From Podarcis gaigeae (taxonomy: Eukaryota), in NCBI GenBank assembly GCA_964106915.2, contig OZ066914.1: a DNA stretch of 64,000 nucleotides; one strand, 5' to 3'. A model generated the notes under the pieces. The model had not been told where the DNA came from. It searched no databases and was given only the letters and a program-made list of their open reading frames with translations. Positions 12,519-24,147 of this stretch are shown piece after piece. The first letter of the stretch is position 1, and each line of letters starts with the position of its first letter. The position numbers and the translations under genes were made by a program.

Positions 12519-12854
12519 AAGGTAAAGAACCCCTGACCATTAGGTCCAGTCGTGGCCGACTCTGGGGTTGCGGCGCTCATCTTGCTTTATTGGCCAAGGG
12601 AGCTGGCGTACAGCTTCCGGGTCATGTGGCCAGCATGTGGCGAACCAGAGCTGCACACGGAAACGCCGTTTACCTTCCCACCAGAGCGGTACCTATTTAT
12701 CTACTTGCACTTTGAGGTGCTTTCGAACTGCTAGGTTGGCAGGAGCAGGGACCGAGCAACAGGAGCTCACCCCGTCACGGGGATTCGAACCGCTGACCTT
12801 CTGATCGGCAAGTCCTAGGCTCTGTGGTTTCATCCACAGCGCCACCCACGTCCC
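12519..12854 (-). mobile_element. Sauria SINE, subfamily B
   Basis: B box and tail present; 12-bp TSD TCATACATGCTA at 12507-12518 and 12855-12866. Confidence 0.92.
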
Positions 12855-13480
12855 TCATACATGCTAGCAGCCTATCAATTATCATCAAAAAGGAGGAAGG
12901 TTAAGCTGTAGTTGAGTGGGAGCAGTTCAAAAGTGATTTGGCAAGTAGAGTTGCCACTTCTCTACCAGCACAAGGCTGGAAATCCTTTAAAGGTTCCAAT
13001 GCTGATAGGAAGGAACAGGCACTTCCTTCTGAACACCAAAACAGAACTAAAAAACAAACAGAAGCTTACCAGTCTCATCCTGCCTCTGAACTCCTAAGAG
13101 ATCCAGTAGGCTAGAATCTCCCTGAAAGTTCCCCTCCATTTCCTGCTCCCGAGCATTCCCAATGTGCCAATCTATGGAAAGGAGCTTTCGTTAGACATCC
13201 AATGACTCAACTCTCTGGGCAAATTCAATGGAACTATTTGAAGGAAAATGTATTTTAAAAAAAGAAAAGGCAAGAGTTGGGCGGAAGAGAAACTTATCAG
13301 GATTCCTTCCCGTGTTTTCACTGAAGCATAGAAGGAAACCTGTTTGTATCTTCCTGCTCTGATAGCCTGCAACGTAGCTGGCAACAGCTGACTGCCCTAT
13401 TTGCAAAGTTCAAGAACGAAACAAAGCAAAGCAAAGACAGAATTTGCTGCAACAGATACCCCTGGTATTCTACCTACTTA

Positions 13481-13832
13481 AGGTAAAGGTAAAGGGACCC
13501 CTGACAGTTAAGTCCAGTCGCAGACGACTCTGGGGTTGCGGTGCTCATCTCGCTTTACTGGCTGAGGGAGCCGACTTTGTCCACAGACAGTTTTTCCAGG
13601 TCATGTGGCCAACATGACTAAAACAGAGCAGCGCACGGAAACGCCGTTTACCTTCCCGCCGGAACAGTACCTATTTATCTACTTGCACTTTGATGTGCTT
13701 TTGAACTGCTAGGTTGGCAGGAGCAGGGACCGAGCAACGGGAGCTCACCCCGTCGCGGGGAGTTGAACTACCAACCTTCTGAACAGCAAGCCCTAGGCTC
13801 TGTGGTTTAGACCACAGCGACACCCGCATCCC
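13481..13832 (-). mobile_element. Sauria SINE, subfamily B
   Basis: 13-bp TSD TTCTACCTACTTA at 13468-13480 and 13833-13845. Confidence 0.92.
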
Positions 13833-15454
13833 TTCTACCTACTTAGGAGCTGCTAATAGGGCTGTGAAGATGGTGCATTTGCAGCTATCACCAGCATATT
13901 GCAGACCTTCTTGTTATATAATAAAAATGTAACAGTATCATAATGCAGGGGAAAGGGGGTGAAGGTAAAAATGGGGGTTGCAAAAAGAGTAGAATGCATG
14001 AGAATGGGAGGGAATGGGGGTACGAAAGGGGCTTCTGAAATGAGGTTGGGAAAGTGAAAGGGGAGCTTGGTCTTTGCATGGAGTTGAAAGCAGAAGCTCT
14101 TAATGTGGGCTGGATAGTGAGATAGTTGGTGTGAAGGGCAAGCCAGGACACAGCCCCAGGTGTCCCAGTGAAGACTAGGATGAAAGTGAGAATGCATGTG
14201 CATATATATCTGGACCAGTTTAATGTACCTATTTGCACATTTGTTTTGCATCACAAAATATGGATTTAGAAACATCCACAAAAACACTAAACGGGTCTAT
14301 TTTCATCCTAGATCCTCATTAGGATAAAGTTGCCTGAGAGCTTGTGCTTACATTTAATGTGCGTGCGTAATTCCCTTGAACATCAAACCATCGGTGATAA
14401 TTTGTGGTTGATGGGTATTGTACCATAAAGAAGCAACCATACTTCTGAGAAAACTTGCAGTCCAGTTGATCTCAGCAAATCCCATCTAGTCCATTGTTAT
14501 ATAGCACATAATGCAGATGCTCACCACGGTGGCCTCATTCACAAAGAACACTTAGACAAACCATGGCTGAGCATACACACTTTGCTCTTTCCCTGCTCCT
14601 GCTGCTGTCATGCTACCAGCACCTAGGGTACACTTTGGCCTAGTGTTTTGTCCAAACACAGACCAATGGTTTGTCTTCTTCTACCAAACCGTGAGTTGCA
14701 ACCAAGGTTTGTTCTTGGCTTACTATTTGTTTAGACTGAGACAAACTACGAGCCCAAGTTCAGATGCAATCCTAAATCAAACCATGGCTTAGTAGTGTGG
14801 CAGAAGAGTGAAGCTACCAAGATTTTCATTTTCTTTTTTTAAAATAATTTTTATTAACTGGCCAATCACATCAAATTAAATCACATCGCATAAATTCCAA
14901 ATTACAAAGCCAAATTTTTAAATTTTGTTGGGGGAACCCATACTTCAAGATCCAAAGGGGGATTCAGATCATCTTCTTATTACTGCGTTAATGTCCAAAT
15001 CAGTCCCAATCAGTCCAAACAAAGTTCATAATTCTATCCAGTCTTATCTTGGTGTTTCCACATCATATCTTGTTCATATAATTTCTCTTTTTCCTTTAAC
15101 TACCAAGATTTTCTAACTGTGCACCAGCACATTTGCTTGTTCATGTTAAGCATGGTTTGGCTTCCTGTTATGTGCCAAAGAGGCCACTTACTTTCTCTCT
15201 CTTATTTTAAAAACATAAATTTTATTAGTGTTTATAAAGAAAAATACAAAGAGATAAACGAAGTCACTTTCTCAAACCAAGTAGCAACTGTCTTCATATG
15301 ATTATCTGTCCCATCCCCGTCCCCCCGCAAAATTATCTATCTCCAGGCCACCTTGTGCAAGGAGTTCCTGGGGCTGGCATTGGTGCAACCAGAGGTCTAT
15401 GGCATGGCCAGAGGGCCGGGCAAGCAAGCGAGGAGGCACTGGGCAGGCTGTGGC

Positions 15455-15947
15455 CAGGGGCGCCGACTTATAAAAAATATTGGGGGGCGGGGGCCCATAC
15501 CGACTTATAAAAAATATTGGGGGGCCCAAGACCTCCAAACCGCTGCTGCTGGGGGAACAAGGGACGAGCCCTGGGCTGCCCCGACCTTAAGTGAACCTGT
15601 GAGGGCCCGCCCTTTGCGGCAGCTGATTGGTTGCCGCCGTGGGCGGTGAATATTAATGAGCTAGGGGGAATCCCCGCTTCTGACGCCAGCCCCGCAGATT
15701 GTTGATGGGTCGAGAGCCCGCAACCCCACCCCCTCTCTAGATCGGGAGTGGCTTTGTTTTAACTCATTACTGAATGTATTTTAAAAGGTAACTATCGTCA
15801 AACAAGGAGAATAAAAAATAGCAACATAATTTTGTGATTTTACAAAGCATAATAATTTTCTTAAATTATTGGGGGGGCAGAGCCCCCCCCAAACGAATTT
15901 TTGAGGGGGCTCGGGCCCCCTCAGGCCCCATGGAGTCGGCGCCTATG
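15455..15947. mobile_element. Non-autonomous hAT element (493 bp)
   Basis: TIRs CAGGGGCGCCGACT / AGTCGGCGCCTATG; perfect 8-bp TSD GCTGTGGC at 15447-15454 and 15948-15955; internal direct repeat ccgacttataaaaaatattggggg x2. Confidence 0.9.
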
Positions 15948-17437
15948 GCTGTGGCACTGAGGCCTAACATACATGGACCTTGTTGCTACTGTCCATCTAA
16001 GTTGCAGGAGTCAAAGATCACAGACAATGTTTTTGGAACCACTGTTACTTTAGAAAAATCTTTCCACCAAATTTTCCATTTCACAACTTTTTCCACCGAC
16101 ATAACACTGGGGCTGGAGATATACATGATACAGGCCAAGCTGTAACAAAACAGTTTGGATGCACTTGTGACAGTGGGAATAATGACTAAGGCTACTGCTA
16201 AATCAGCACAATGGTGGCCTAACTGAAGTTTACCACTTTTCCATTACTCTGTAGCAGATTTTTTCCTCTTTTTTCAGCGTTAACATTCTAAATTGCATCA
16301 GAGACTTTATAAATGAACACATAAAAATGATTAAGTGGTAAAACTTTACAAACTTGGTTGAAAACAAGTGCAAAAAAACAGCCTACAAAATTAAAATGTA
16401 CAGTGGATAAATTCCTTTTCATGACATATTTCTTTTAGTCAGAAACCACAAGAATGTCCTTTCATAAGCCATCTAAGATGAAAATCAAAGAAGGTTGTTT
16501 TCTGTTTGGTTTTTTTTTTGGTTGTTTTTTTTTTGGTGGAGTGCTATAAAATTATCACTGACATTTCAATTTAAAAAAGAAAAGAACTATACGTAGAATA
16601 AATAGGACATTTCCCGTAACTGTCTGTAGTGGGTGCTCTGTCACTTCTTTGTAGAGTCTTAGTAAATTACACAAGTTCTCAGCTAGGCAGAGCAGCTATA
16701 ATTCATTGTCCCCAGTAATGTAATCTACATTTATCATTATTTTAATTAAACTAAATCTTTAATTTGCTATCTTCACTTCCAAGGAAATATACCTTGCTCT
16801 CTTTATCACCCTCACAGACAGCATGTGCTCTTAGAGTACATCAGAGCTTCCCTTTAAAAATATTTCTTCTTTTCTCTTCAGCTTGGAATGAGATACCAAC
16901 CACAAGATTTGTATTATGTATTACCGGTTCCCTTTTACTTGGGAGTAAGCACCACTGAGCATATCTGCATCATTAAGGCTTGATCTCATGCTTGCTACTT
17001 AAAGGTAGGCCCCACAGAGTTCGTTAGAGCTTAGACCAAAGTCAATGTGCATAGGGCTGTAGCTTCCATAGGTGTTTCAGAAAGTTCTGGCTATGTTCCT
17101 ATAATTTTAATGCCCCACAATATAAGCTATTTTGTCACAATTGCCTTACGATAGTTGCTGTCACAAACCTGGATGTGCATATTGGCTATCTTGATTTGGA
17201 TGTGCAAATCGATGGAGTGAAGGGGCACTTAGGGAAAGGAAGCAAGCTCTGTGTCACTAAGAGAAGGTCTGTTTATGTGACTTATGCTGCAACTGATATG
17301 AAAACAGACCATATATATCATCCTTAAATTGGTTCATACACAATGCTACATTTAGTTAATGTATTTCTCTTTCAAGGAAACTTGACTGCAGTCTAGTACA
17401 GTGGTACCTTGGGTTACATACGCTTCAGGTTACATAC

Positions 17438-18197
17438 TGTCAGGGGTTCAGAAGGAGAGACACAGGAGGGGGAGCAAATGGAGAGTGAGGAGGAAGAGTC
17501 CGAGGGGGGTGGAGGCAGTGACAGTGGAAAGAGTTACTCCACAAGCCTCTCCAGCGAATCGGAGGACTCACAGAAGGGAGCGCCAATGGCCAGAGCGAGG
17601 GGGGTTCCAGGGGGGAAGCCCCAGGAGGAAGGGGCTAGCGGGGAGTCCCTGAGCAGCAGTTGGAAGTCAGGACCAGCTTCCCCACCAGAGCGCAGTGGGG
17701 AGGGGGAGTCCCAGGAATCGGGACCAGTGTCCTCACCACCAGCGGGAGGAGAGGAGTCAGGTTTGGCCACGCCCACATCGGGAAGCGGGGAAACGGTCAG
17801 GAGGAAGGTTACCGGCTGGGCGCGCGCGCCAAGTTCAAATGTACAGGCGAGCGGCACAGCAGGGAGCCCGGGAAGGGAGCCAGGTCCTAAAGCCCGCCGG
17901 AAGGAAGGGCAGGACTCAGGGGGCTCAGCGTCAGAGGAGTCCAGGAAGGAGGAAACCCCAGAGGGCAGAAGGACCCAGCGAAGGAAAGAACAGCGCAGGA
18001 GGTGGAGCCGGGCTAGGATCTTAAACTGGTGTGGGAGGAGCAGTGAGTCAGAGGGGACTTAGCCGGTCTAGAGTCAAGACGTGGGGCGGCACGCCCAGAG
18101 CTTTGAAATGGAAACTAAACTTCAATAAAGACTTTTGTACATTACATCCACCGGGCGTTGGTCCTCTGTGAGCTGGGACCTAGAGGCAGTCCTGACA
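17438..18197 (+). mobile_element. Solo LTR (760 bp; probably Ty3/Gypsy or ERV), inserted in a MITE
   Basis: Termini TGTCAGG...CCTGACA (7-bp inverted repeat). 5-bp TSD CATAC at 17433-17437 and 18198-18202. GC box near 18082-18089; AATAAA at 18124-18129. The host MITE resumes exactly after it. Confidence 0.85.
17478..18062 (+). CDS. LTR-encoded ORF, 194 aa from ATG (frame open from LTR base 2); acidic / S-G-P-rich / Arg-rich protein of unknown function
   Basis: Stop-free for about 620 nt of the LTR: MESEEEESEGGGGSDS...EGRRTQRRKEQRRRWSRARILNW...stop, ending before the GC box and AATAAA. No known domain recognised. Confidence 0.5.
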   Translation: MESEEEESEGGGGSDSGKSYSTSLSSESEDSQKGAPMARARGVPGGKPQEEGASGESLSSSWKSGPASPPERSGEGESQESGPVSSPPAGGEESGLATPTSGSGETVRRKVTGWARAPSSNVQASGTAGSPGREPGPKARRKEGQDSGGSASEESRKEETPEGRRTQRRKEQRRRWSRARILNWCGRSSESEGT

Positions 18198-21100
18198 CAT
18201 ACGCTTCAGGTTACAGACTCCACTAACCCAGAAATATTACCTGGGGTTAAGAACTTTGCTTCAGGATGAGAACAGAAATCGTGCTCTGGCGGCAGCAGGA
18301 GGCCCCATTAGCTAAAGTGGAGCTTCAGGTTAAGAACAGTTTCAGGTTAAGAACGGACCTCCGGAATGAATTAAGTACTTAACCCGAGGTACCACTGTAC
18401 CCACTTCCATAAGAGTAAGCCATGGAGCTTACGCCTGGACTTCTAAGTAGCTTCTACAGTTTCTATTAAGTTATAGATGTTAGAAGTGGAGCTCACCCAT
18501 TCCTATTCCTAGCTGACCGAATCTATGTTTGTTAGCACATTGTGATTATCCTTGTACACACAATATGATTTCACTATCAGCATTTAATTTCTAGAAGCTC
18601 CCTGCTTCTGCCCTTAGAATAGTCTTGAGTAGCCACTAATGGTTATTCACGGTAAATAATTTACTTTAACAATGCAAGACTTGCGAAACACAAAAAGAAA
18701 CTTCAAACATTTTCCACAATTGCACTGAATCACAACCTTAAATCTACCCCCCTCCCAAAATAATACTTTTAAAAGCAACATAAATACAGATAAAACAAGA
18801 ATAAAATTGCAGGCATAGATTTTGCTAAATTTGACATAACTTGAGCTATGGTTTGGCTTTTGTAATGCAGTATCTTTTTCAACAGCCAGAACTAGGCATT
18901 TGATAAGGGAATGGGGGAGTTTAAAAGTACAGTTTGTGTGTGCTGCCACTACTCATACTCCATGAGTATTTAAGAGAACTGGATCCCTAAAAACGAGAGG
19001 GGCACACAAAGTGATCTCATCCGACCTACATGATTCCAAATAGGATTTCGTTATACCTTATGATCTTCTCAATGGATGTAGTAGTGCCCTCAGAAGACCG
19101 TATTATTCATTAAGTTCTCGTAATTAAGCAACACAAAAGGGAGTTTAATTACAATGATCTGTAAGTGCGGGAGACAATTCAATACAGTTGCACAATTATG
19201 TCCAAGTCTATGTGACATCAACCTTCATAGAGGTGAGTTATTAAGACTACACACATATAATTCCAGAGACATATTCTCAGCTAAGATGATGCTATGAAAC
19301 TCAAACTACATGATCTACCAAAACACGAATCACATGATCGGTCATGCCAGGGGTGACAACATTTTCCAGCCTGAGGGCTGCAATGATCCGTGGTTAACCT
19401 GGACTGTGTCTGATAAAAAGGTGTGGCCAAGCGGACATTTAAGAGTTTTGAAGGGGGTCATAAAAACCTTTTGACATTCCAGAATCACAGAAGGGGTTCC
19501 TTGGGAGTGCTAAAAAAAATTTTTAAAACTTTTTTGGAAAAAGAAATGATGGACAAATTGGGGAGGGGGCACAAAAAGTTTCTGACATAACAGCAAGGGA
19601 CAAGTCAGTTTAAAATGTAAAAATGTATTAAAAACCTTTCTTTTTTTAAAAAGACATTGGGGTTTTTTCAGGCGGCCTGCACAAAAAAAATCATCAGGGG
19701 TGGGTGGGTGGGTGGTCCATGATCCAACTAGCCCTGTCTTATGTACTGCATAACTTCATTTGCCTCTTTGTGGGAGAGCTGGCCGGTGACAGGCTCTAAC
19801 AAACCTGAACTTTTTATTTCTTTAAAGCTAAAGTTCCGACAGATATTACAAGAATGTGTGCGCTGTTCAAAGATTCCACCGACCAATTACTGATATAAGA
19901 GCAAATCTGAAAAAAATCAGAGAACGGCCTTTTGCTTTTCATAATTACTTTTCAGAAGGTAAAACAGCCGCCGAAAATCAAATCATTTATATGAAGAAAT
20001 AAGATTTTGACTAGGCTAAGGATACATCTAGCATCTTGCCTTTTCTGGCCCTGAATGTTGTTTAAAAGCTCCCAGCCCCGTGATACTGCAAACGGGCAGC
20101 CTACAGAGGGCAGTGTTGTATCAGCTTTGGAGCCTTCCTTGGGCTACAGTGGCATGAAAAAGGGAACTGTCAAAAATATCCAATCCACAGTGTACGGGAG
20201 GGGATGCAAATGTACTAAACCTAATACATTTGTAAGCCAAAAACACTGAAGCAAGGTTTCTGAAAGACAACTGGACTTGAGGTGGGGGGGGGGGGGTTTC
20301 GAGGAGAAGAAGAAACTTCACATAACAGACTGTCAGACTGAAAAAGCTACCGCAGTACGTACATATGGCATTTTCCTTTGTAGTTTGCCCAGTGAGAAAA
20401 GGTAACTAATCATAGCACTTCCTTATTCTTTGCAACGACAAAAAAAGCACCAGGTTACTGGAACCCGAGTTAATATCAGTATGAAGAACCAGCGTGAGCA
20501 GTTCTATCATTAGGAATAAGTACATTATCACTATATATTGGGGTGGTTTTTTTAAGGCCAATTCTATTTTTCAATCATGTGCAGGTTGGGCACTTCTACT
20601 AAGGAATGTAAAAATATAAAGCTCACATTTAAAAACAGTGCTAAAGACATGATTGAAAACAAACAATATTTTACAAAACATTACACCCAACATTTACTTC
20701 ATTTTCAACCTGCCCTTCATCAAACAAGTGATTCCTGCGTGGGTCACATCAAATATAAAGCAAGCTAACAATGCAATAATTGCAACAAAAACATTAAAAC
20801 AATTCCAATAAAACATTACATGGTGGTGTAAGGGTAATTATTATTTTAATAATTATTATTATGTATTTTGCTGATCAAGGTAGTGCAGAGATTTCATTTT
20901 TTGAAATAGTCATGTTTGAAAGATGCCAATGTAAAATCATTTTTTCTTTGACATGTGGACAAAATAGCAGCAGCTTTAGTGTACTTATTAGGAAACAGGA
21001 TGCCAGTTCTATACTCATAGAAAGCCACTGCCCCTCACCTGTAATTCAGTACATCATCACAAACACTGACATCCCATTTATTTCAATGGGACTGAAGCAT

Positions 21101-22856
21101 GCATTCCTGTGCTTTGCAATGCAGCAATGTGAGATGACTAAATAATACACACACACTTTTTCATTCAAATATATTGCTGCTGATTATTAATACCATCATA
21201 CAGAATATGCAACTCTGTTGACTATGAAGTTCAATCCCAAAAAGAAATGTATCATTTTTGTTTGAAACAAGAAGCAAATTTCAAAGTTGTTTTTATACAG
21301 ACACACATTATTTTCACACACACACAAACACACCCATCAACATGATCATCATCATTTATAAACACTGCTCATCTGCCTTATTTAAAATTGCTTGCTAAAA
21401 TTCTTAGCTTACTGAAGTTGCATAAGTTCAGGCATGCATGTTTCACAAAAAGCCGAATTCTGGATATACCCAACAAAGAAACGCTTAGATAACTTTTGAA
21501 AAATAGATCTGAACTATTTAACAGATTTTCCTATTAATTGTACATGCGGCAAAAAAAGGGGGTAAGATAATTCCCAATTTCCGAAGTCGTTTCCAAAGGG
21601 TATTTTAACGAAATCTGTTATTGCCCATGTAGCAAGGCAACATTACAAAACTGACTAATGTACTAAGATCCTGATTGTGAACAAAGCTGCTGCTAGACTG
21701 AAATGCAGCACTGTTTATTCATATACAAGCATTTCACTTAAGGGATAATGGCAGTGCTCCTAAAGGAATATAAAAGCAAAGTGATTAGCAATCATTACTG
21801 TTAATTAGTGTTCACTTTGCATTTAGAAGGATGAGCCTCCTCTTTATGAATAAATGGAAAGTTTCTTTCTGAAGCCTTGCCAGACCTGCACTAGGTAAGC
21901 CTTGGACTGATAAGCAGACTTTAAAAGAAACAGTGGGGTGGGTGGGGAGGTGGGTGGAGAGAGAGAGAGAGAGGGAGATCTAGAGACAGATCAGCATCCA
22001 ATTAATAAAGCCCAATTCTTAAACAGGAAAAGGTTTGAAAGGAATGAGTACAACTGGAAACTCATACTTCACATTGTGCAATCTCCCTGATAAAAGGAGG
22101 AAATGTGTGTTTATCAATGTGCTGTGAGCGCACAGTTCATTTGGCGTCCTGTAAACAATGCCTGGTTGCCCGTTTCCGAATACATGTGAGAATCTCGCAG
22201 ATCCAGAGCACCAAATTCAGCAGCCAAGGTCACACTAGCAGTGCCCTGGAAATGGGAAATTGGGGGGGGGGGGAGACAACCCTGCAATCAGAGGTTTAAG
22301 TCTGACCATATATAAAAGACCCCCAGGCTTTCTTGACATCTTTCACCACTAGCATTGCTGTCTCTGCTTATTCAATATTAACAGAGCAGGGCTGGGGGGA
22401 ATGAAAAGGCACCCAAACAGGGACAGATTCACTAAAAATGATGTTTACATAGTGCTGCATATTTCTCATGGTACGAAACCACCTATGGGGATCAAAAATG
22501 CAACAGACCCTGTTCCCCACCGCCCCGCCCTAGAAATCACCCGCTGGAATTTTCTGTTAAAACGTAGGGAATTACCGGCACTAAGGAGCTCTAGGAATAT
22601 CTTAGGGGAAAGTCGTCTTCTAGAAGCACTGTTCCCAGCACAATCCTCACTGTGTTCATCTACAAGTATCTTGCATGGCTTTCAATACAACCTACTTTTT
22701 AAGTCATTATGCTTGCGAGACTTAATCGTGTTTTGGAAACTGTTTGACGCTAAAGCCTATTAACTTGGGAAAGCATTCCATCAGCAAAGGTCACCTCTTC
22801 TATACCCTCCTCAGAATCCACCTTTTCTGCAGGGCCTTTGGCTTATCCGGGTAGGC

Positions 22857-23135
22857 CCAATCGCCTTCTAAATCCTGCCCGTGGACGGTCCAGGAATCAG
22901 CATGTTTTTACATGAGCAGAATGTGTCCTTTTATTTAAAATACATCTCTGGGTTATTTGTGGGGCCTGCCTGGTGTTTTTACATGAGTAGAATGTGTGCT
23001 TTTATTTAAAATGCATCTCTGGGTTATTTGTGGGGCATAGGAATTTGTTCATATATTTTTTCAAAATATAGTCCGGCCCCCCACACCTGAGGGACAGTGG
23101 ACCGGCCCCCTGCTGAAAGCGTTTGCTAACCCCTA
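22857..23135. mobile_element. hAT-Charlie-type MITE fragment (OC1-like end)
   Basis: Right end tatagtccggcccc...ctgagggacagtggaccggccccctg...gtttgctaacccct; internal ~60-bp direct repeat at about 22904-22964 and 22974-23035. Confidence 0.65.
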
Positions 23136-24147
23136 CCTTACCATCACCCCCAGATGCAACCAGGTTTTAAGCACACACAACTGCACTGGCTTCATTTGTC
23201 CCTTCCCTTCTTCTGTTGCTTCCTCCTTTTCTGGTTGCAAGATCCTTGGGGACAAATAGAGCTGTCTATTTTTGCCTATGCAATGTATAGTTTTTAGGCA
23301 CAGTGTTGCCAGCTGTGAACCTTCAAGGTGAAAAGAAGAAACAAAGAGCATTACGCCACCTGAACGGTTTTAACGCTCAGGGCGGCAAGACATCGAAGTT
23401 GCCGAGGATCCTGGAGCCTGTCGTGCTATCAGTAAATATTCTTGATTTTCTCCAAGATGACTCCGCTTTCTAAACTCTGATAACAAAAAGTTGAACTGGC
23501 AAAATTGTATACACGGTGCTGTCAATTAGGATTGAGCCACTTGCATTTAAAAGGTCAGGTTTCTCTGCAAAAGCAAACGAAACAAAAATCATGGGTGCAG
23601 TATTTAGAAAAAGAGAGAGAGAAGGTTACGTGTATTCATAACACAAATCAGTTTTGGTCTATAAATTACAGCAAGGTCTGACTTACAAATTATCGGGCTG
23701 GTTGTTATTTTTAACCATATAATGGGCTGTATCCAACATCGCATGAATGGAAAAAATGATAGAGCAACTGATCTTCCCATCGCTCTTCTCCCTCTGCAAT
23801 CATCAGCATCCACCATCTCCCTGAATATCAGGCTGGGATCCTACCTAAGATTGTGGGAGAGTCATCCCCAAATCGACTATAGAAAAATCAGCAAAACAGC
23901 TTACCATGGGGTAATAGCTGCTACAGAGAACAATTAAAAAAGGCCTTTACAGAATGCCCTTACCGTGTAGCCCAATCTTGAATGTGGAGACACAGTAAAT
24001 GATTTACTACAACTCCATCGAAGCCAAAGCTTCATTTAAAAAAAAAAAACTTTCATTAATCCTAATCCATATGTAAACCATACTGGATTTTTACTTATTT
24101 TTTAGCCCTTGGTATGCACGCGCCTACATAAAAAGTGAAAGTGAGGA

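Larger units (their letters stand above)
17399..18397 (-). mobile_element. MITE family 1 (opposite orientation), split by the solo LTR
   Basis: TA|CAGTGGTACCT...AGGTACCACTG|TA; the internal sequence is the reverse complement of the other copies. Confidence 0.9.

Noticed and set aside
13853-14287. 144-aa minus-strand ORF in DPH6 orientation
   Set aside because: No DPH6 similarity; low-complexity F/P/H composition from a purine-rich tract.
17409-17477. N-terminal extension MGYIRFRLHT of the 217-aa ORF call
   Set aside because: Starts at TTG within the host MITE, a chance fusion; the LTR begins at 17438.
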